Origin: Mustelus asterias
Taxonomy: Eukaryota
NCBI RefSeq assembly: GCF_964213995.1
Contig: NC_135815.1
Span: 16,306,001 to 16,370,000, forward strand
Length of the DNA stretch: 64,000 nucleotides
Direction: 5' to 3'
Each line of letters opens with the position of its first letter. Position 1 is the stretch's first letter. This document shows positions 12,828 to 25,805 of the stretch, piece after piece. Position numbers and translations under genes: made by a program. Below the pieces are notes generated by a model. The model worked only from the letters and a program-made list of their open reading frames with translations, searched no databases and was not told where the DNA came from.

Positions 12828-14687
12828 CTTGAAAGGAGATAGCAATTCATTAACATTTAGTGGAATCTATCACTGCATTGGTAATGCGTTAATCAGATCC
12901 ATGTCTCTTGGTGAAGTTAAAGCCAAAACATAGCTACTTTCTTTGCTGGAGCAAGTTAGTCCACAGTAAACACTACTCAGTAACCCATTTATTGGCATAC
13001 AATTGCACATCATCAGTTTAACAATGTAATCGTACCACCATAGAACCCCGACAGTGCAGAAGGAGGCCATTTGGCCCATCAAGCCTGCGTCAACAACAAT
13101 CCCACCCAGGCCCTATCCCCCTAACCCCATGTATTTACCCCGCTAATCCTCCTAAGGGGGAATTTACCATGGCTAATCAACCTAACCCGCACATCTTGGG
13201 AGTGTGGGAGGAAGCTGGAGCGCCCGGAGGAAACCCACGCAGACACGGGGAGAATGTGCAAACTCCACACAGACAGTGACCCAAGGCGGGAATCGAACCC
13301 GGGTCCCCGGTGCTGTGAGACAGCAGTGCTAACCACTGTGCCACTGTGTCGCTTGTGCCATTAAACCTTAACAGTGTAATTAACAAGACGCTGACAGAAC
13401 CTAAATCTAACATAATACGTACATCAAGCAGGACAAAAGGTTTTGTACAATAAGATGTTATCATTATAGTTTATAATTCTTTCAGATCTCTTACTGCCAG
13501 GGCTGTTGCTGCTATATACGACTGTAGTTTTACCACATACATCAACACATAACTTCTACCGAGCATTATTCCGAGTGGAATAACGTGTGCAGGTTAAATT
13601 CCTGTCTATTTCAAAGCTGCTGACAACCCTTTTAAATCCAACAGGTTAACAACTGGGTGAAAACACAGCTTTTCACATCAATATATTCACCAGCATGCTC
13701 AAAACCCAAAAGGCTGGAAATCGAGTCTTCTGTTAAAGACCATCTTCAATGTTTCTGTTCACATTAGCAGCAGCGGGAAAGTTGCTCAAGTGGGCTTATC
13801 TTCCTTTGCTGCCTGGCACCACATTTACTTTTGAAGGCATAGAATGGAATCATAGAATCCCTACAATGCAGGAGGAGGCCATTCAGCCCATTCAGCCTGC
13901 GCTAACAACAATCCCACCAAGGCCCTATCCCCATAACCTCAAGTATTTTACCCACTAATCCCCCTGACACTAAGGGGCAATTTATCACGGCCAATCAGCC
14001 TAACCCGCACATCTTTCGGGCTGTGGGAGGGAACCGGAGCACCTGGAGGAAAGCCACGCAGACACGGGGAGAATGTGCAGACTCCGCACAGGCAGTGACC
14101 CTGGGCTGGAATTGAACCCGGGTCCCTGGCGCTGTGAGGCAGCACTGCTAACCATTGTGCCACAGTGGTGCCCCGTGACATGTAGGCTGCGCGGGCAGTG
14201 ACAACATCAAATCAATGAAAAAAGTGGTGATTCCCAAAAGACAAAGACCAGAGATGGGATTTTCTGGCCGCGCTTGCCCCAAAAGCAGAAAATCCCAGCC
14301 AAGGTCAACGCACCTATGTGTGGTCCACCCCCCCTCCCCTCCCCGTAGCGGGCAGGACGGGAAAACTGCCCCCCCTCCCCCCCCAACCCCAGGAGTTTTC
14401 CTGCAGATTCTCCCGCTATATATCACAGACAGAGGGTCAGTGGAACTGCACCCTGACAACCTCCCTCAGTGAGATGCGCGTTGAGCTTCCAGTCACGAGC
14501 GGGAAATTCTCCAATGAAATTTTCCGTGAAAGGCTCATGTCCTATTGGACTCAACGTTCCCCGGATAAATTGGCTTTGAGTTAGAAAAACGGGATCACAC
14601 CTCCGGTTAAGAAGTGTGAAGTGAAGTTTGAAGTTTGGTCAAACCTAAACTGCCATCCTGACAAACCGAAACGACTTGAAGCATTAC

Positions 14688-14810
14688 CGGAGCATTGCGT
14701 TCCTCCATCCGATGTAAATCCTCGGTGGCACAAGCATCGGAAGCTTCCTACTGTGTTCTTACAGTGTCCATTGGAGCAGCGGTGTGAGGCCTGTGCACAT
14801 TCATCCACAT
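14688..14810 (-). CDS. LTBP1: cbEGF exon ([41 protein letters not shown])
   Basis: 123 nt, ttttacag acceptor, G|gtaatg donor, phase 1/1, cbEGF consensus. Confidence 0.92.
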
Positions 14811-15324
14811 CTGTAAAAGGTAGACTACAGTTAGTAGGAGGGGCAAAGTACTTCAGCCCTGGGTTAAATGTCCCGATGCTAACCGGTGCTGTGGTGACGG
14901 TCACTGATGGACAGAAGTGGCAAATTGCAAGGCTCTAGGTGGTCACTTAGTAAAGTTGGCAGCAAGGCAAGGGACCAGCGCCTGAGGCAGAGGGAGTTCA
15001 GGCTTTCTTTAGATGTAACACAATCATAGAATCTCTACAGTGCAGAAGGAGGCCATTCGGCCCATCGAGTCTGCACCGACCACAATCCCACCCAGGCCCT
15101 ATTCCCATGACACCACATATTTACCCTGCTAATCCCCCTGACACTAGGGTCAATTTAGCACGGCCAATCAACTTAACCTGCACATCATTAGACTGTGGGA
15201 GGAAACCGGAGCACCCGGAGGAAACCCACACAGACAGTGACCCAAGCCGGGAATCGAACCCGGGTCCCTGGCGCTGTGAGGCAGCAGTGCTAACCCACTG
15301 TGCCACCGTGCCGCCACAATGTGG

Positions 15325-16218
15325 AGCAGACTTGCCTCTGAGTCAGTTGTGCACTCCAGGGACCCGAGCATTAAATCTAGGCTGGCACTCCAGTGCAGTA
15401 CTGAGGGAGTGCTGCAATGCTGGAGGTGATGTTATCCAGATTGGGTGCTGAACCAAGGCCCTGCCTCCCCATTTAGGTGGAAGTAAAAGACTCCCATGGG
15501 CAGTGGCGGATCAACCATTAGGCTGAGTAGGCTGAAGCCTAGGGGCCCGGAAGGGGGGGGGGGCCCCGAGAGCAAAAAAAATCACTAACTGTTCAGGTGA
15601 GCGTTCATTTTCGGCACTGAAGAGGATCAAAATCTATTGGCGCTCAACAATGAGCGATGAGAAACTTAGTCATCTGGCACTCATGCACATTGAATCAGAC
15701 ACGCTTCGATCTGTTGATTTACACGCTGTTATCGACACTTTTGTAAACCAAAAAACACGGAAGCTTTTTAAAGTACAAATGTAAAGAAAATGAAAAATAA
15801 ATGAATAAAAGGGCCGTAATTGATTCATATAACTTTATATTATACATGTTGTACATTATACATAGTACAACGATATAAGTTATCTAACGTCACTTAACGT
15901 CACTTTATTCTATTCAACGAAGGGTGGGGCAGGGGGCAAGGTCAGGGGGCCTTACTAAAGCTCAGCCTATGGGTCGGGTGGTAGTTAATCCGCCATAGCC
16001 CATGGGCTATTTCAATGGAGAGCTAGGGGAGGTGACCACAGTGTCCTGGCTGATTTTTACCCCCTGAACACGGAAACAATGCATCATGACTTTGGATTTT
16101 ATGGGAGCTTGCTGTGCACCAAGTGACTTCCGCATTTCTTACATTACAAAAGTACGTCACTTGCCTGTAAGATGCTTCGAGACATTGTGAGGTTGTGAAA
16201 AGTGCTGTTGAAATGCAA
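15325..16218 (+). mobile_element. Old Deu-domain SINE (SacSINE1-like) split by the hAT element
   Basis: gcagtactgagggagtgctgca, aaagactcccatgg..., gtgtcctggc, gggagcttgctgtgca and a tgaaaagtgct..aaatgcaa tail, all resembling the SacSINE1/AmnSINE1 Deu-domain family as I recall it. Confidence 0.65.
15501..15998 (+). mobile_element. hAT (Tip100-type) DNA transposon deletion derivative
   Basis: TIRs cagtggcggat / atccgccatag; perfect 8-bp TSD CCCATGGG (15493-15500, 15999-16006); internal frame about 15584-15784 TNCSGERSFSALKRIKIYWRSTMSDEKLSHLALMHIE...IDTFVNQKTRK is a hAT C-terminal dimerisation domain. Confidence 0.9.
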
Positions 16219-17386
16219 ATCTGTCTCATTGATTAATCATAATAGCATTTAAATAGCACCGGGCGGCACGGTGGAACAGCGGTTAGCACTACTGCCTCTC
16301 AGCGCCAGGGACCTCGGTTCAAATCCGGCCTTGGGTGACTGTGTGGAGTTTGCACATTCTCCCCGTGTCTGCGTGGGTTTCCTCCGGGTGCTGCGGTTTC
16401 CTCCCACAGTCCAAAGATGTGTGGATTAGGTGCATTGGCCATGCTAAATTGCCCCTTAGTGGCAGGTGGATTAGCAGGGTAAATATGTAGGGTTACAGGG
16501 ATAGGGCCTGGGTTGGATTGTTGTCTGTCCAGACTCAATGGGCTGAATGGCCTCCTTCTGCACTGCAGGGATTCTATGATAATGTTGGGGGCTTCCTCAA
16601 ACCAACCCAAAGTCTACCAGCTATTCAGTGGCACTGAATGAATGCCAGCTGATTAACAGCCAGCGTAAATTCATCTGTCAGGTGAAGATAGCGCCAACTA
16701 TTTCGACAGGCCATGACGCACCTATCTAGCGATGACCATGTGTCAGGAGGGAGGCAGATGCAGAGCCATGCCAACTGCTGCAAGGTCACCAACCAGTTTG
16801 GAATTGGCACATCTGCTGATGCTAATCATTACTTTTGCCGGAAACCTGGTTCAGATTTGATGCGATGGTTGCAATGTTGACCAATGGGAATCATAGAAAT
16901 CACAGAAACCCTACAGTACAGAAAGAGGCCATTCGGCCCATCGAGTCTGCACCGACCACAATCCCACCCAGGCCCTACCCCCATATCCCTACATATTTAC
17001 CCACTAATCCCTCTAACCAACACATCCCAGGACACTAGGGGCAATTTTAGCATGGCCAATCAACCTAACCCACACATCTTTGGACTGTGGGAGGAAACCG
17101 GAGCACCCGGAGGAAACCCACGCAGACACGAGGAGAATGTGCAAACTCCACACAGACAGTGACCCAAGCCGGGAATCAAACCCAGGTTCCTGGAGCTGTG
17201 AAGCAGCAGTGCTAACCACTGTGCTACCGTGTCGCCCTGTTCCAAGAGGTAGCATGCAATGATTCCAGGAGGTAGCATGCAAGGCCACTGCCTGTGGAAC
17301 CAGTTCAACTTTCAGAGTAATGGGCCAAACAGTCATTAATCTGCAAAGTGATGCCTGGACCCTGGATCATCTTCTCCTCCTTAGCA

Positions 17387-17549
17387 CTATGTTGATTCTC
17401 TGATGAACCCTTTACCAAACATCAGGGCTAGGGTGGCAGAGGCTAACCACTGTGCCACCGATGGCTTTTAAGGCTCGCGAAAGGCCTTTGCCCCTAGCTC
17501 TGATATATTGGCACAGATTGGTAAAGGGTTCATCAGAGAATCATCATAG
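17387..17549. repeat. Inverted repeat (hairpin) next to an HE1 tail
   Basis: ctatgttgattctctgatgaaccctttaccaa versus ttggtaaagggttcatcagagaatcatcatag (1 mismatch in 32), plus an inner arm atcagggctagggtggcagaggc / gcctttgcccctagctctgat. Confidence 0.85.
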
Positions 17550-18129
17550 AATCCCTATTGTGCAGAACAGGCCATTTGGCCCATCAAGTCTGCACCTTCT
17601 ATCTGACAGAGTATCTTACCCAGGCCCTTCCCCCTCCCCAGCCGCCCAAACCCAGTAACCCCACACAGTTACCCTGGCTAATCCATCTAACCTACACATC
17701 TTGGGATACTAAGGGGCAATTTTGCACGGCCAACCCACCTAACCTTTGGAGTGTGGGAAGAAACCGGGGCACCCGGAGGAAACCCACACAGGCACGGGGA
17801 GAACATGCAGACTCTGCACAGTCACCCAAGCTGGGAATCGAACCCGGGTCCTTTGTGCTGAGGCAGCAGTGCTAACCACTGTGCCACCGTGTCGCTGAGG
17901 GCTTTTAAGGCTCGCAAAAGGCCTCTGCCACCCTATTCTGCTAATAGTTGCCCCCTCTTTAAATTTCCCTTGCGTTTTCTCTCCAGAGGTGCCCGGAGTC
18001 TGTCCAAATCAGCACCATGAAGCTCTGTACCACGGTAAACAGGGTGCAAACAGCACATTTCCATTTCAGACCCAAACCCTGTCATGTCAATAGCCTCTGT
18101 GGTACAACCAGGGGGGAGAAAATCTTAAA

Positions 18130-18730
18130 GGACAAAGAAAATTACAACACAGGAACAGGTCTTTCAGCCCTCCAAGCCTGCACCACAAGCCATGCTGCCC
18201 GTGTGAACTAAAACCCCCTACCCTTCCGGGGACCATATCCCTCTATTCCCATCCTATTCATGTATTTGTCAAGATGCCCCTTAAAACTCACTATTGTATC
18301 TGCTTCCACTACCTCCCCCGGCAGCGAATTCCAGGCACCCACCACTCTCTGTGTAAAAAACATGCCTCATACATCTCCTTTAAACCTTGCCCCTTACACT
18401 TTAAACCTATGCCCCCTAGTAATTGACTCTTGCACCCTGGGAAAAAGCTTCTGACTATCCACTCTGTCCATGCCTCTCATTATCTTGTAGACTTATATCA
18501 GGTCGCCCCTCAAATTCAGTCATTCCAGTGAGAACAAACCAAGTTTCTCCAACCTCTCCTCATAGCTAATGCCCCCCATACCAGGCAACATCCTGGTAAA
18601 TCTTTTCTGTACCCTCTCCAGAGCCTCCACATCCGTCTGTTAGTGTGGCGACCAGAATTGAACACTGTATTCCAAGTGCGGCCTAACTAAGGTTCTATAA
18701 AGCTGCAACATGACTTGCCAATTTTTAAAT
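18130..18730 (-). mobile_element. CR1 LINE 3' fragment
   Basis: Encodes VMLQLYRTLVRPHLEYSVQFWSPH and the downstream CR1 C-terminus; ends about 25 bp from the donor of exon 18757-18882. Confidence 0.85.
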
Positions 18731-18756
18731 TGCCCATCTCGGCAGTGACGTCTTAC

Positions 18757-18882
18757 CTGTGCATTCAGTTTGCAATGCGTTGAGCTGATACCCGGGATTG
18801 CAGTTACATGTATATCCCTCTGGGAGATTGATACACTGGCCGGGTCCGCAGATCCTCGGATTAACGGAGCATTCGTCGATTT
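18757..18882 (-). CDS. LTBP1: cbEGF exon (EIDECSVNPRICGPGQCINLPEGYTCNCNPGYQLNALQTECT)
   Basis: 126 nt, AG/GT flanks, phase 1/1, six Cys and calcium-binding consensus; first cbEGF after the hinge. Confidence 0.92.
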
Positions 18883-20264
18883 CTGAAAAGCAAACATTAC
18901 ACATTGTTTAAAGTTCATTTATTTGTATATTAGTCTCAAGTAAGGCTTATATTAACACTGCAATGAAGTTACTGTGAAATTCCCCGAGTCGCCACAGTCC
19001 AGCGTCTGTTTGGGTCAATGCCAGCACATCTTTCAGACTGTGGGAGGAAACCGGAGCACCCGGAGGAAACCTACGCAGACACGGGGAGAACGTACAGACT
19101 CCGCACAGACAGTGACCCAAGCCGGGAATCGAACCCGGGTTCCTGGCGCTGTGAGGCAGCGGTGCTAACCACTGCGCCACCGTGCAACAAATCTGTAAAA
19201 ATGTTGAAGTTCCACTCATTTATTGGACCACAAACCTGCAACTGAAACTGTGAGACAGCTCGCCTTAGTAAGCAGATGTTTTTATAAATGAAACAATAAC
19301 CATTTGAAATTATATAGTGGCTTTAGTTAAATATGTACCACCTTCTGCTGTGCTAGGGGTGCACCGCATCAATCTGCATCTTGACATAAAAGTATTTTTT
19401 AAATTAAACTCAATTCTTCAGAACCCAGTTCAGGAGTCATAATCGACCCGAAACGTTGGGTGGAATGTTACCGGCACGTCCACCCGAGGTTCATACGATC
19501 CCGCCCGAGACCAATGGAGAATGCCTTTCTCCGAGCCTCTCCCGCCCCCGGAATCGGGAGGGCGTGCCGGTGAAATTCCGGATGTTATCTCTGTTTCTCT
19601 CTCTCTCTCCACAGACGCTGCCAGACCTGCTGGGCTTTTACAGCATTCGTCCACTTTTATTTCAATTCAACGTAAGTCGCTTGGGATGTTGTAGGGGGAG
19701 TGTCGGCATGTAATAAACTTTGGTGGGTGTGTGAAATGGCTGGTGATGGTCACAGCAAAGAAGGAGGCCATTCGGCCTGCCCAGCCCATGCTGGATCTCT
19801 CTTCTTTTAATATTAGTTCGTGGGACGTGGCCATTGGTGGCTGACCAGCATTTATTGCCCATCCCTAATTGCCCACGAGGGAGCAGTTCAACCACATTGC
19901 AGTGGATCTGGAGTCACATGTAGGCCAGACCGGGTAAGGACGACAGATTTCCTTCCTTAAAGGACATTAGTGAACCAGATGGGTTTTTATGACAATGGTT
20001 TCAAGGTCACCATTAGACATTTAATTTCAGATTTTTATTGAATTCTAATTCAAATTCAAAGCCGTGGTGGGATTCGAACCCGGGTCCCCAGAGCATTACC
20101 CTGGGTCTCTGGATTACAAAGCTGGTGACAATACCACTATGGTCATCTGGACTCGAAACATCAGCTCTTTTCTCTCCTTCCAGATGCTGTCAGACCCGCT
20201 GAGATTTTGCAGCATTTTCTCTTTTGGTTTCAGATTCCAGCATCCGCAGTAATTTGCTTTTATG

Positions 20265-20545
20265 AGGGGACATAGGTTCAAGGTGAGGGCAGGAAGTTTA
20301 GGGGAGGATGTGAGGGAAAGCTTTTTTACCCAGAGGGTGTGACGGTCTGGAATGTGCTGCCTGGGAGGGTGGTAGAGGCGGGATGCCTCACATCCTTTAA
20401 AAAGTATCTGGATGAGCACTTGGCACGTCATAACATTCAGGGCTATGGGCCAAGTGCTGACAGATGGGAGTTCAGATGTTCCGAATGTGTCGGAGCAGAC
20501 TCGATGGGCCAAAGGGCCTCTTCTGTGCTGTGTGATTCTATGAAT
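20265..20545 (+). mobile_element. CR1 LINE 3' fragment
   Basis: WNVLPGRVVEAG...FKKYLDEH motif and tail ...gattctatga. Confidence 0.8.
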
Positions 20546-22944
20546 TCAAATTCCACCATCTGCTGTGGTGGGATTCGAACCTAAGTCCCCTGGACATTAA
20601 CTGAGTGTCTCGATTAATAGTCTAACGATAATACCACTAGACCATCGCCTCCCGTGGATCAGAGAGAGAGGAAAACCAGTTAAAACCTCTGCTCCAAGGG
20701 CAATCCTGACAGCTTTGATAGAGAGTGTGTGGGCAAAGACAGGGTGAGCTCTGCAGCGATGTTCCCCATTGTCCATCAGCATAGACAAAGAAAGCTGCCT
20801 TTCAGCCCATCTAGCACCTGTTTGCTCCCTGGAAGGGCTTAGTCCCATTTCCCATGTCAAAGGATCCCTTTCCAATTTGGTTCAACCCCCTTGTAGAGGT
20901 TCCTGTGTTTTCTGCTGATCCCACAATCTCTGCCGGTTATTTCCCTTCCCTGGATTTGCTTTCTTGATGAGAATCACAGTGGGCTGAGCTTCTCAGCAGC
21001 TCGTTCAAACCCTGCACCGACCCTGGAGCAGATCCCTGGGCGAAGTGTGTCTTCAGCAGTCTGTGCCAGCCTGGCCTGCACCGTAACAGCTGATTCCATC
21101 ACAAGCGCAGGCGACGCTCAAAGCAAGAAACACACATTTGCGTTATGATTTCTGACTTCAGTCACAGACTCTGAGCTGGCGGAGAGGAAATTAGTGAACG
21201 CCATTCTTTGAGAGTGGAACAGTCAGAACAACTCCATTGTGTGGCCAAAGAGGTAGGCCCGAGAGCCTCCAAAGATTGGGCCTCAGGCCTCCTTCCCATG
21301 AAACTACCAACCTGTGGGTATCCAAAGGCAGCGATCCTCAGTAGATCCATATAGAGGTTAATGGCTTGACTGTTGTGGAGTCTGAAGAGCCCTTTGCTGC
21401 ACAATGCCCTAAGGTTTTTTTTTATTCATTCACGGGACATGGGCGTCGCTGGCCGGCATCTCTGGTTGTCCATGTAACTGAGTAGCTTGCTCAGCCATTT
21501 CAGAGGGCAGTTGAGAGTCAACCACATTGCTGTGGCTCTGGAGTCACATGTAGGCCAGACCGGGTAGGGATGACAGATTTCCTTCCCTAAAGGACATTAA
21601 TGAACCAGATGGGTTTTTCCAACAATCAACAATGGTTTCATGGTCATCAGTAGATCCTTGATTCCAGATATTTTTTATTGAATTCAAATTCCATTGTCTG
21701 TCGAGGCGGAATTCGAACCCAGAATGTTAGCCAAATTTCTGGATTAATAGTCTAGCAATAATACCACTAGGCCATCACCTTGCCCTTTGTCACCAGCCCC
21801 ACTGCTGATGCAGACCCTGAGAAGATAGTTTCCCGCAAACATTTCTATCCAGTTTTGTCAACAGCCGCAGAAATGGTCGTTGGAATCTTTGTCTAGGAAT
21901 GTCCGTCTTGACCTCTACACTCTGTTGGTGACGTGGGTTTCCTCCGGGTGCTCCGGTTTCCTCCCACAGTCCGAAAGCCGTGCTGGTTAGGTGCATTGGG
22001 CCATGTTAAATTCTCCCTCAGTGTACCCGAACAGGTGCCGGAGTGTGGCGACTAGGGAATTTTCACAGTAACTTCATTGCAGTGTTAATGTAAGCCTACT
22101 TATGACTAATAAACAAACTTTAACTTTAACTGAAGGAACAAAGGAGTACACTCCACCTGCAAGCCTACCGTTAACCCCCTGAATGCTCCCCGTCTTGTAG
22201 AACATCAAACTGTAAGACCTAAAGGGCAGGGGGAGGATACTTAGCCTGCTTCGCCATTCCACATGATGATAACTGGTCTTCTACTTTCCCTCCTTTCCCC
22301 TGCCTGCTCCCCACATCCCTCAATCCCCTCAACAACCTATCGGCATCTATTTGAATATTCTCAACGACTAAGCATCCGGAGTAGAAAATTCCAAAGATTC
22401 GCAACCTTCTGAGTGAAGGAATCCAGCCCAAAATAGCTGCCCCCTTGTCCTGAGATGATGACCCTCAAGTTGGAGCCCCCAATCCAAAGATGTGCAGGTT
22501 AGGTTGAATGGTCATGTTAAATTGACCCTTAGTGTCAGGGTTAGCAAGGTAAATATGTGGGTATGGGAATAGGGCCTGGATGGGTTGCAGCCGATACAGA
22601 CTCGATGGGCCGAATGGCCTCCTTCTGCACCATGGGGATTCTATGAAGTTCTATCCCCGAGCCAGGGTGACAGGCGCTGTGTCAGTCTGAGATAAACACT
22701 CATAACGATAACCATTTAGCTCTCAAATAAAATTCAAGCCAAGTAATCCTCAACCTACACCTGTTTCACTAACATCGGCGATACAATTATGAATAAGACT
22801 TCCAAGGATCATTTCTGAGAAGAATATTTGACATGAGCTGCTTTCCCTTTTAAATTCTACTTGAACTGAGAGTTTGAGAGCTCATTGTCCATGGGCTGGA
22901 AGAGGAAGTGACATTATTTGGGAGGTCATGGGGTGCAAAATGGC

Positions 22945-23320
22945 CTCCTCCCATCCATTGACTCCGTCTACACTTCCAGCTGCCTCGGAAAAGCAGCCAG
23001 CATAATTAAGGAGCCCACACACCCCGGATATTCTCTCTTCCACCTTCTTCCGTCGGGAAAGAGATACAAAAGTCTGAGGTCACGTACCAACCGACTCAAG
23101 AACAGCTTCTTCCCTGCTGCCATCAGACTTTTGAATGGACCTACCTTATATTAAATTGATCTTTCTCTACACCCTAGCTATGACTGTAACACTACATTTT
23201 GCACCCCCTCCTTTCCTTCTCCCCTATGTAGTCTATGAACGGTATGCTTTGTCTGTATAACGCGCAGGAAATAATACTTTTCACTGCCTCCCAATACATG
23301 GGACAATAATAAATCAAATC
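22945..23320 (+). mobile_element. Rex1/Babar-type LINE 3' fragment
   Basis: KAASIIKEPTHPGYSLFHLLPSGKRYKSLRSRTNRLKNSFFPAAIRLLN; tail ...gacaataataaatcaaatc. Confidence 0.85.
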
Positions 23321-24789
23321 ACTGGTGCACAACTCCGGCTATCAGTTAAAAGGTAACATCAGTGGTCCTCCTGCGCTCTTGGCTGAGATTCCACAGGGCA
23401 GGACGTTGGAACGGTTCCTGAAGCATGATAGTTGTCGTACTGCGGTTTGTAAAGGGACAAGGCGGAGATATTTTTGGTTAAAACAAAAATTGCGGATGTT
23501 TGAGACACTTTGTTTGACTTCCAGTTCCCTCCCCAGGAGCCTGTTTCTGGCCGCTTCGCTGTGCCCCGCGTACCAGTTTCCACCACCCTGGCCCAAAGAC
23601 ACTGAATCAGAAGGCGAGAGAGTACAAAACGTTCGCCACTAAAGGCAAAAGCAGAGCTGCACCGAGAGAAAGCGGTGTGCCATTGCTCCAGCGGGAACAG
23701 TCAGCTGCATCATTCATACAGATCTTCCAATGCTAAAACTGATACGCTCCCACAACTGGGAACGCCAGCAGCCAAGGAAAACAAAGTCAAGCTCTCCATT
23801 CGTCTGTTCTGCCCGTGCGCGGTTGCATCACCTCGAGTGATTCCAATGCGGTGCTAATTTGTGTAACCCAAATATATTTTTAGCTCCATTTAACCAACTC
23901 CAGAATAAATATTTACACTACATGCTCGCTGGGTAACTGCACTGTCAAGAATACAATTTTCCCTGATAGGTATCTATGAAAATAACACTCAGGCAGCGTC
24001 CAGGGCCAAAGTGCTGCTGAAGTTGGATTGAGTGGCATAAGTTCCATGAGTACATTGGATCAGTTTTTTGGTGGAAAGATTCACTGTACCACAGATGTAG
24101 CAGAGAGTACTATAAGGTCCGTACTCCCTCAGACCGTCTGCTGTGTCACATTAGGGATAGTTTTTAAACAATATCTGACTTGCAAATATTCCACAAGCGA
24201 AGGAACTGGGGTTTAAGTTGCTTGTGAACTGTTTCCTTCCATTTTGGAGTACGTTCCCCGTGGAACGCAAAAATGTATTCCACCCAAAGCCTTTGTTTTG
24301 CCTCAGACGACTCGAGGCTCCAGAACTACAGCAACCCACAGTGCTAATAAAAACACCCAGCTGTGCACCAAGGCACATCTCCAGACATTCCCCTATTGGC
24401 CGCAGTCGCAAGTTACCCACAGAGGAGCTCGATAAAGAAAGTGGTCACACGTGAACAGGAAATTGTTCATTCCAGGCTGTCTCGCCTGCGTCCGTCTCTG
24501 CACACGCGTTGCACACAAAAGGCCGCAATTCTCTGGCCGTTCTCGCCCCACCGCCGCTGCCAGAGAGGACGGAGAATTTGGCGCTCAGCCAAATCTCTGT
24601 TCACCGCAGCGGGACGGGAGAATCCGCTGGCGTGAACGGCTGGAGAATTCCACACGTGGGGCGGGATTTTATGGCCTCACTCGAGCGAGACCGAAAATTC
24701 CCACCCCAGGTCAATGGACGTTTCCATCGTCCGCCCTCGCCCACTCTGATTCCATGGCGAGCCCGGCGGTAGAATTCCAGCGATAATCT

Positions 24790-25720
24790 TTGAAGCACTT
24801 GGGTCTTCCAATGGTGCACACATGGGTTGTTGTTGGCTGTTCTGCTGGGTTCCTGGGTTAACATTGCCTCTCTGGGGTATGTTGTTGCCATGGCAAGTGT
24901 TGCTGCTATCTCTAATCAGATCATCCGTCAGTTGCCCAAACTCGCAAGATTCAGCTGGATGTCCAAGTGCAGCCACATACTGATCAATACTCTCCCCCTC
25001 CTCCTGCGGTCTGGTGTTGGACGTGTAGCACCCATAACTCATGGTGGCACAGTGGTTCACAGCACCAGGGACCCAGGTTCGATTCCGGCCTTGGGTCACC
25101 GTCTGTGTAGAGTCTGCACGTTCTCCCCGTGTCTGCGTGGGTTTCCTCCGGGTGCTCCGGTTTCCTCCCACGCTCCAAAGATGTGCAGATTCGGGTGATT
25201 TGCAATGCTAAATTGTCCCTTAGTGTCCCAATATGTATGAATTAGGGGGATTACCAGGTTAAATATGTGGGGTTATGGGGATAGTGCCTGGGCAAGATGT
25301 TCTATCGAGAGTCAGTGCAGACTCGATGGGCCAAACTGCCTCCTTCTGCACTGCAGGGATTTTATATTAGTAGAGGGTTCAAAGTGGGTCTTCAAGGCCT
25401 CTAGAATTTGTCAAGACTGTTTTTTCTGTTCCCCCATGCTTGTAGCAGTCTTTCTGTAGATGACCACAGCTCCTGCTCTTATCTGTTCGGCTTCTCGATT
25501 GACAAAAATATTTTGGAAATATCATAGTTCTATCTCTGAGACTAGAAAGAATTTCCAATTCATTTTCAAATCTCCCTTCATCTTGACACAAGCAGGCACT
25601 GGAATATTCAAAGCTATACTGGCTCACCCAGCAGTCAATGTCCTGTACAAGGTTGTAGTTATTCCCTGCCATTTCTTACGGTGGCTGGCCCTCTTACTGC
25701 TATCAATATCATTTCAATTT
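24790..25720 (-). mobile_element. Decayed Gypsy gag fragment, interrupted by HE1
   Basis: RPQEEGESIDQYVAALGHPAESCEFGQLTDDLIRD is a typical Gypsy gag motif; HE1 inserted at about 25041-25362. Confidence 0.72.
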
Positions 25721-25805
25721 CAATCTGCACACTCATGTTTTATCTAAGGAGAGAGATGGAGTCAGTGGATGGGGAATGCGATTTGGAGTGGAGACTACAG
25801 ACAAT

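Noticed and set aside
16261-16335. tRNA-like sequences with A and B boxes
   Set aside because: These are SINE heads running straight into the V-domain, not free-standing tRNA genes.
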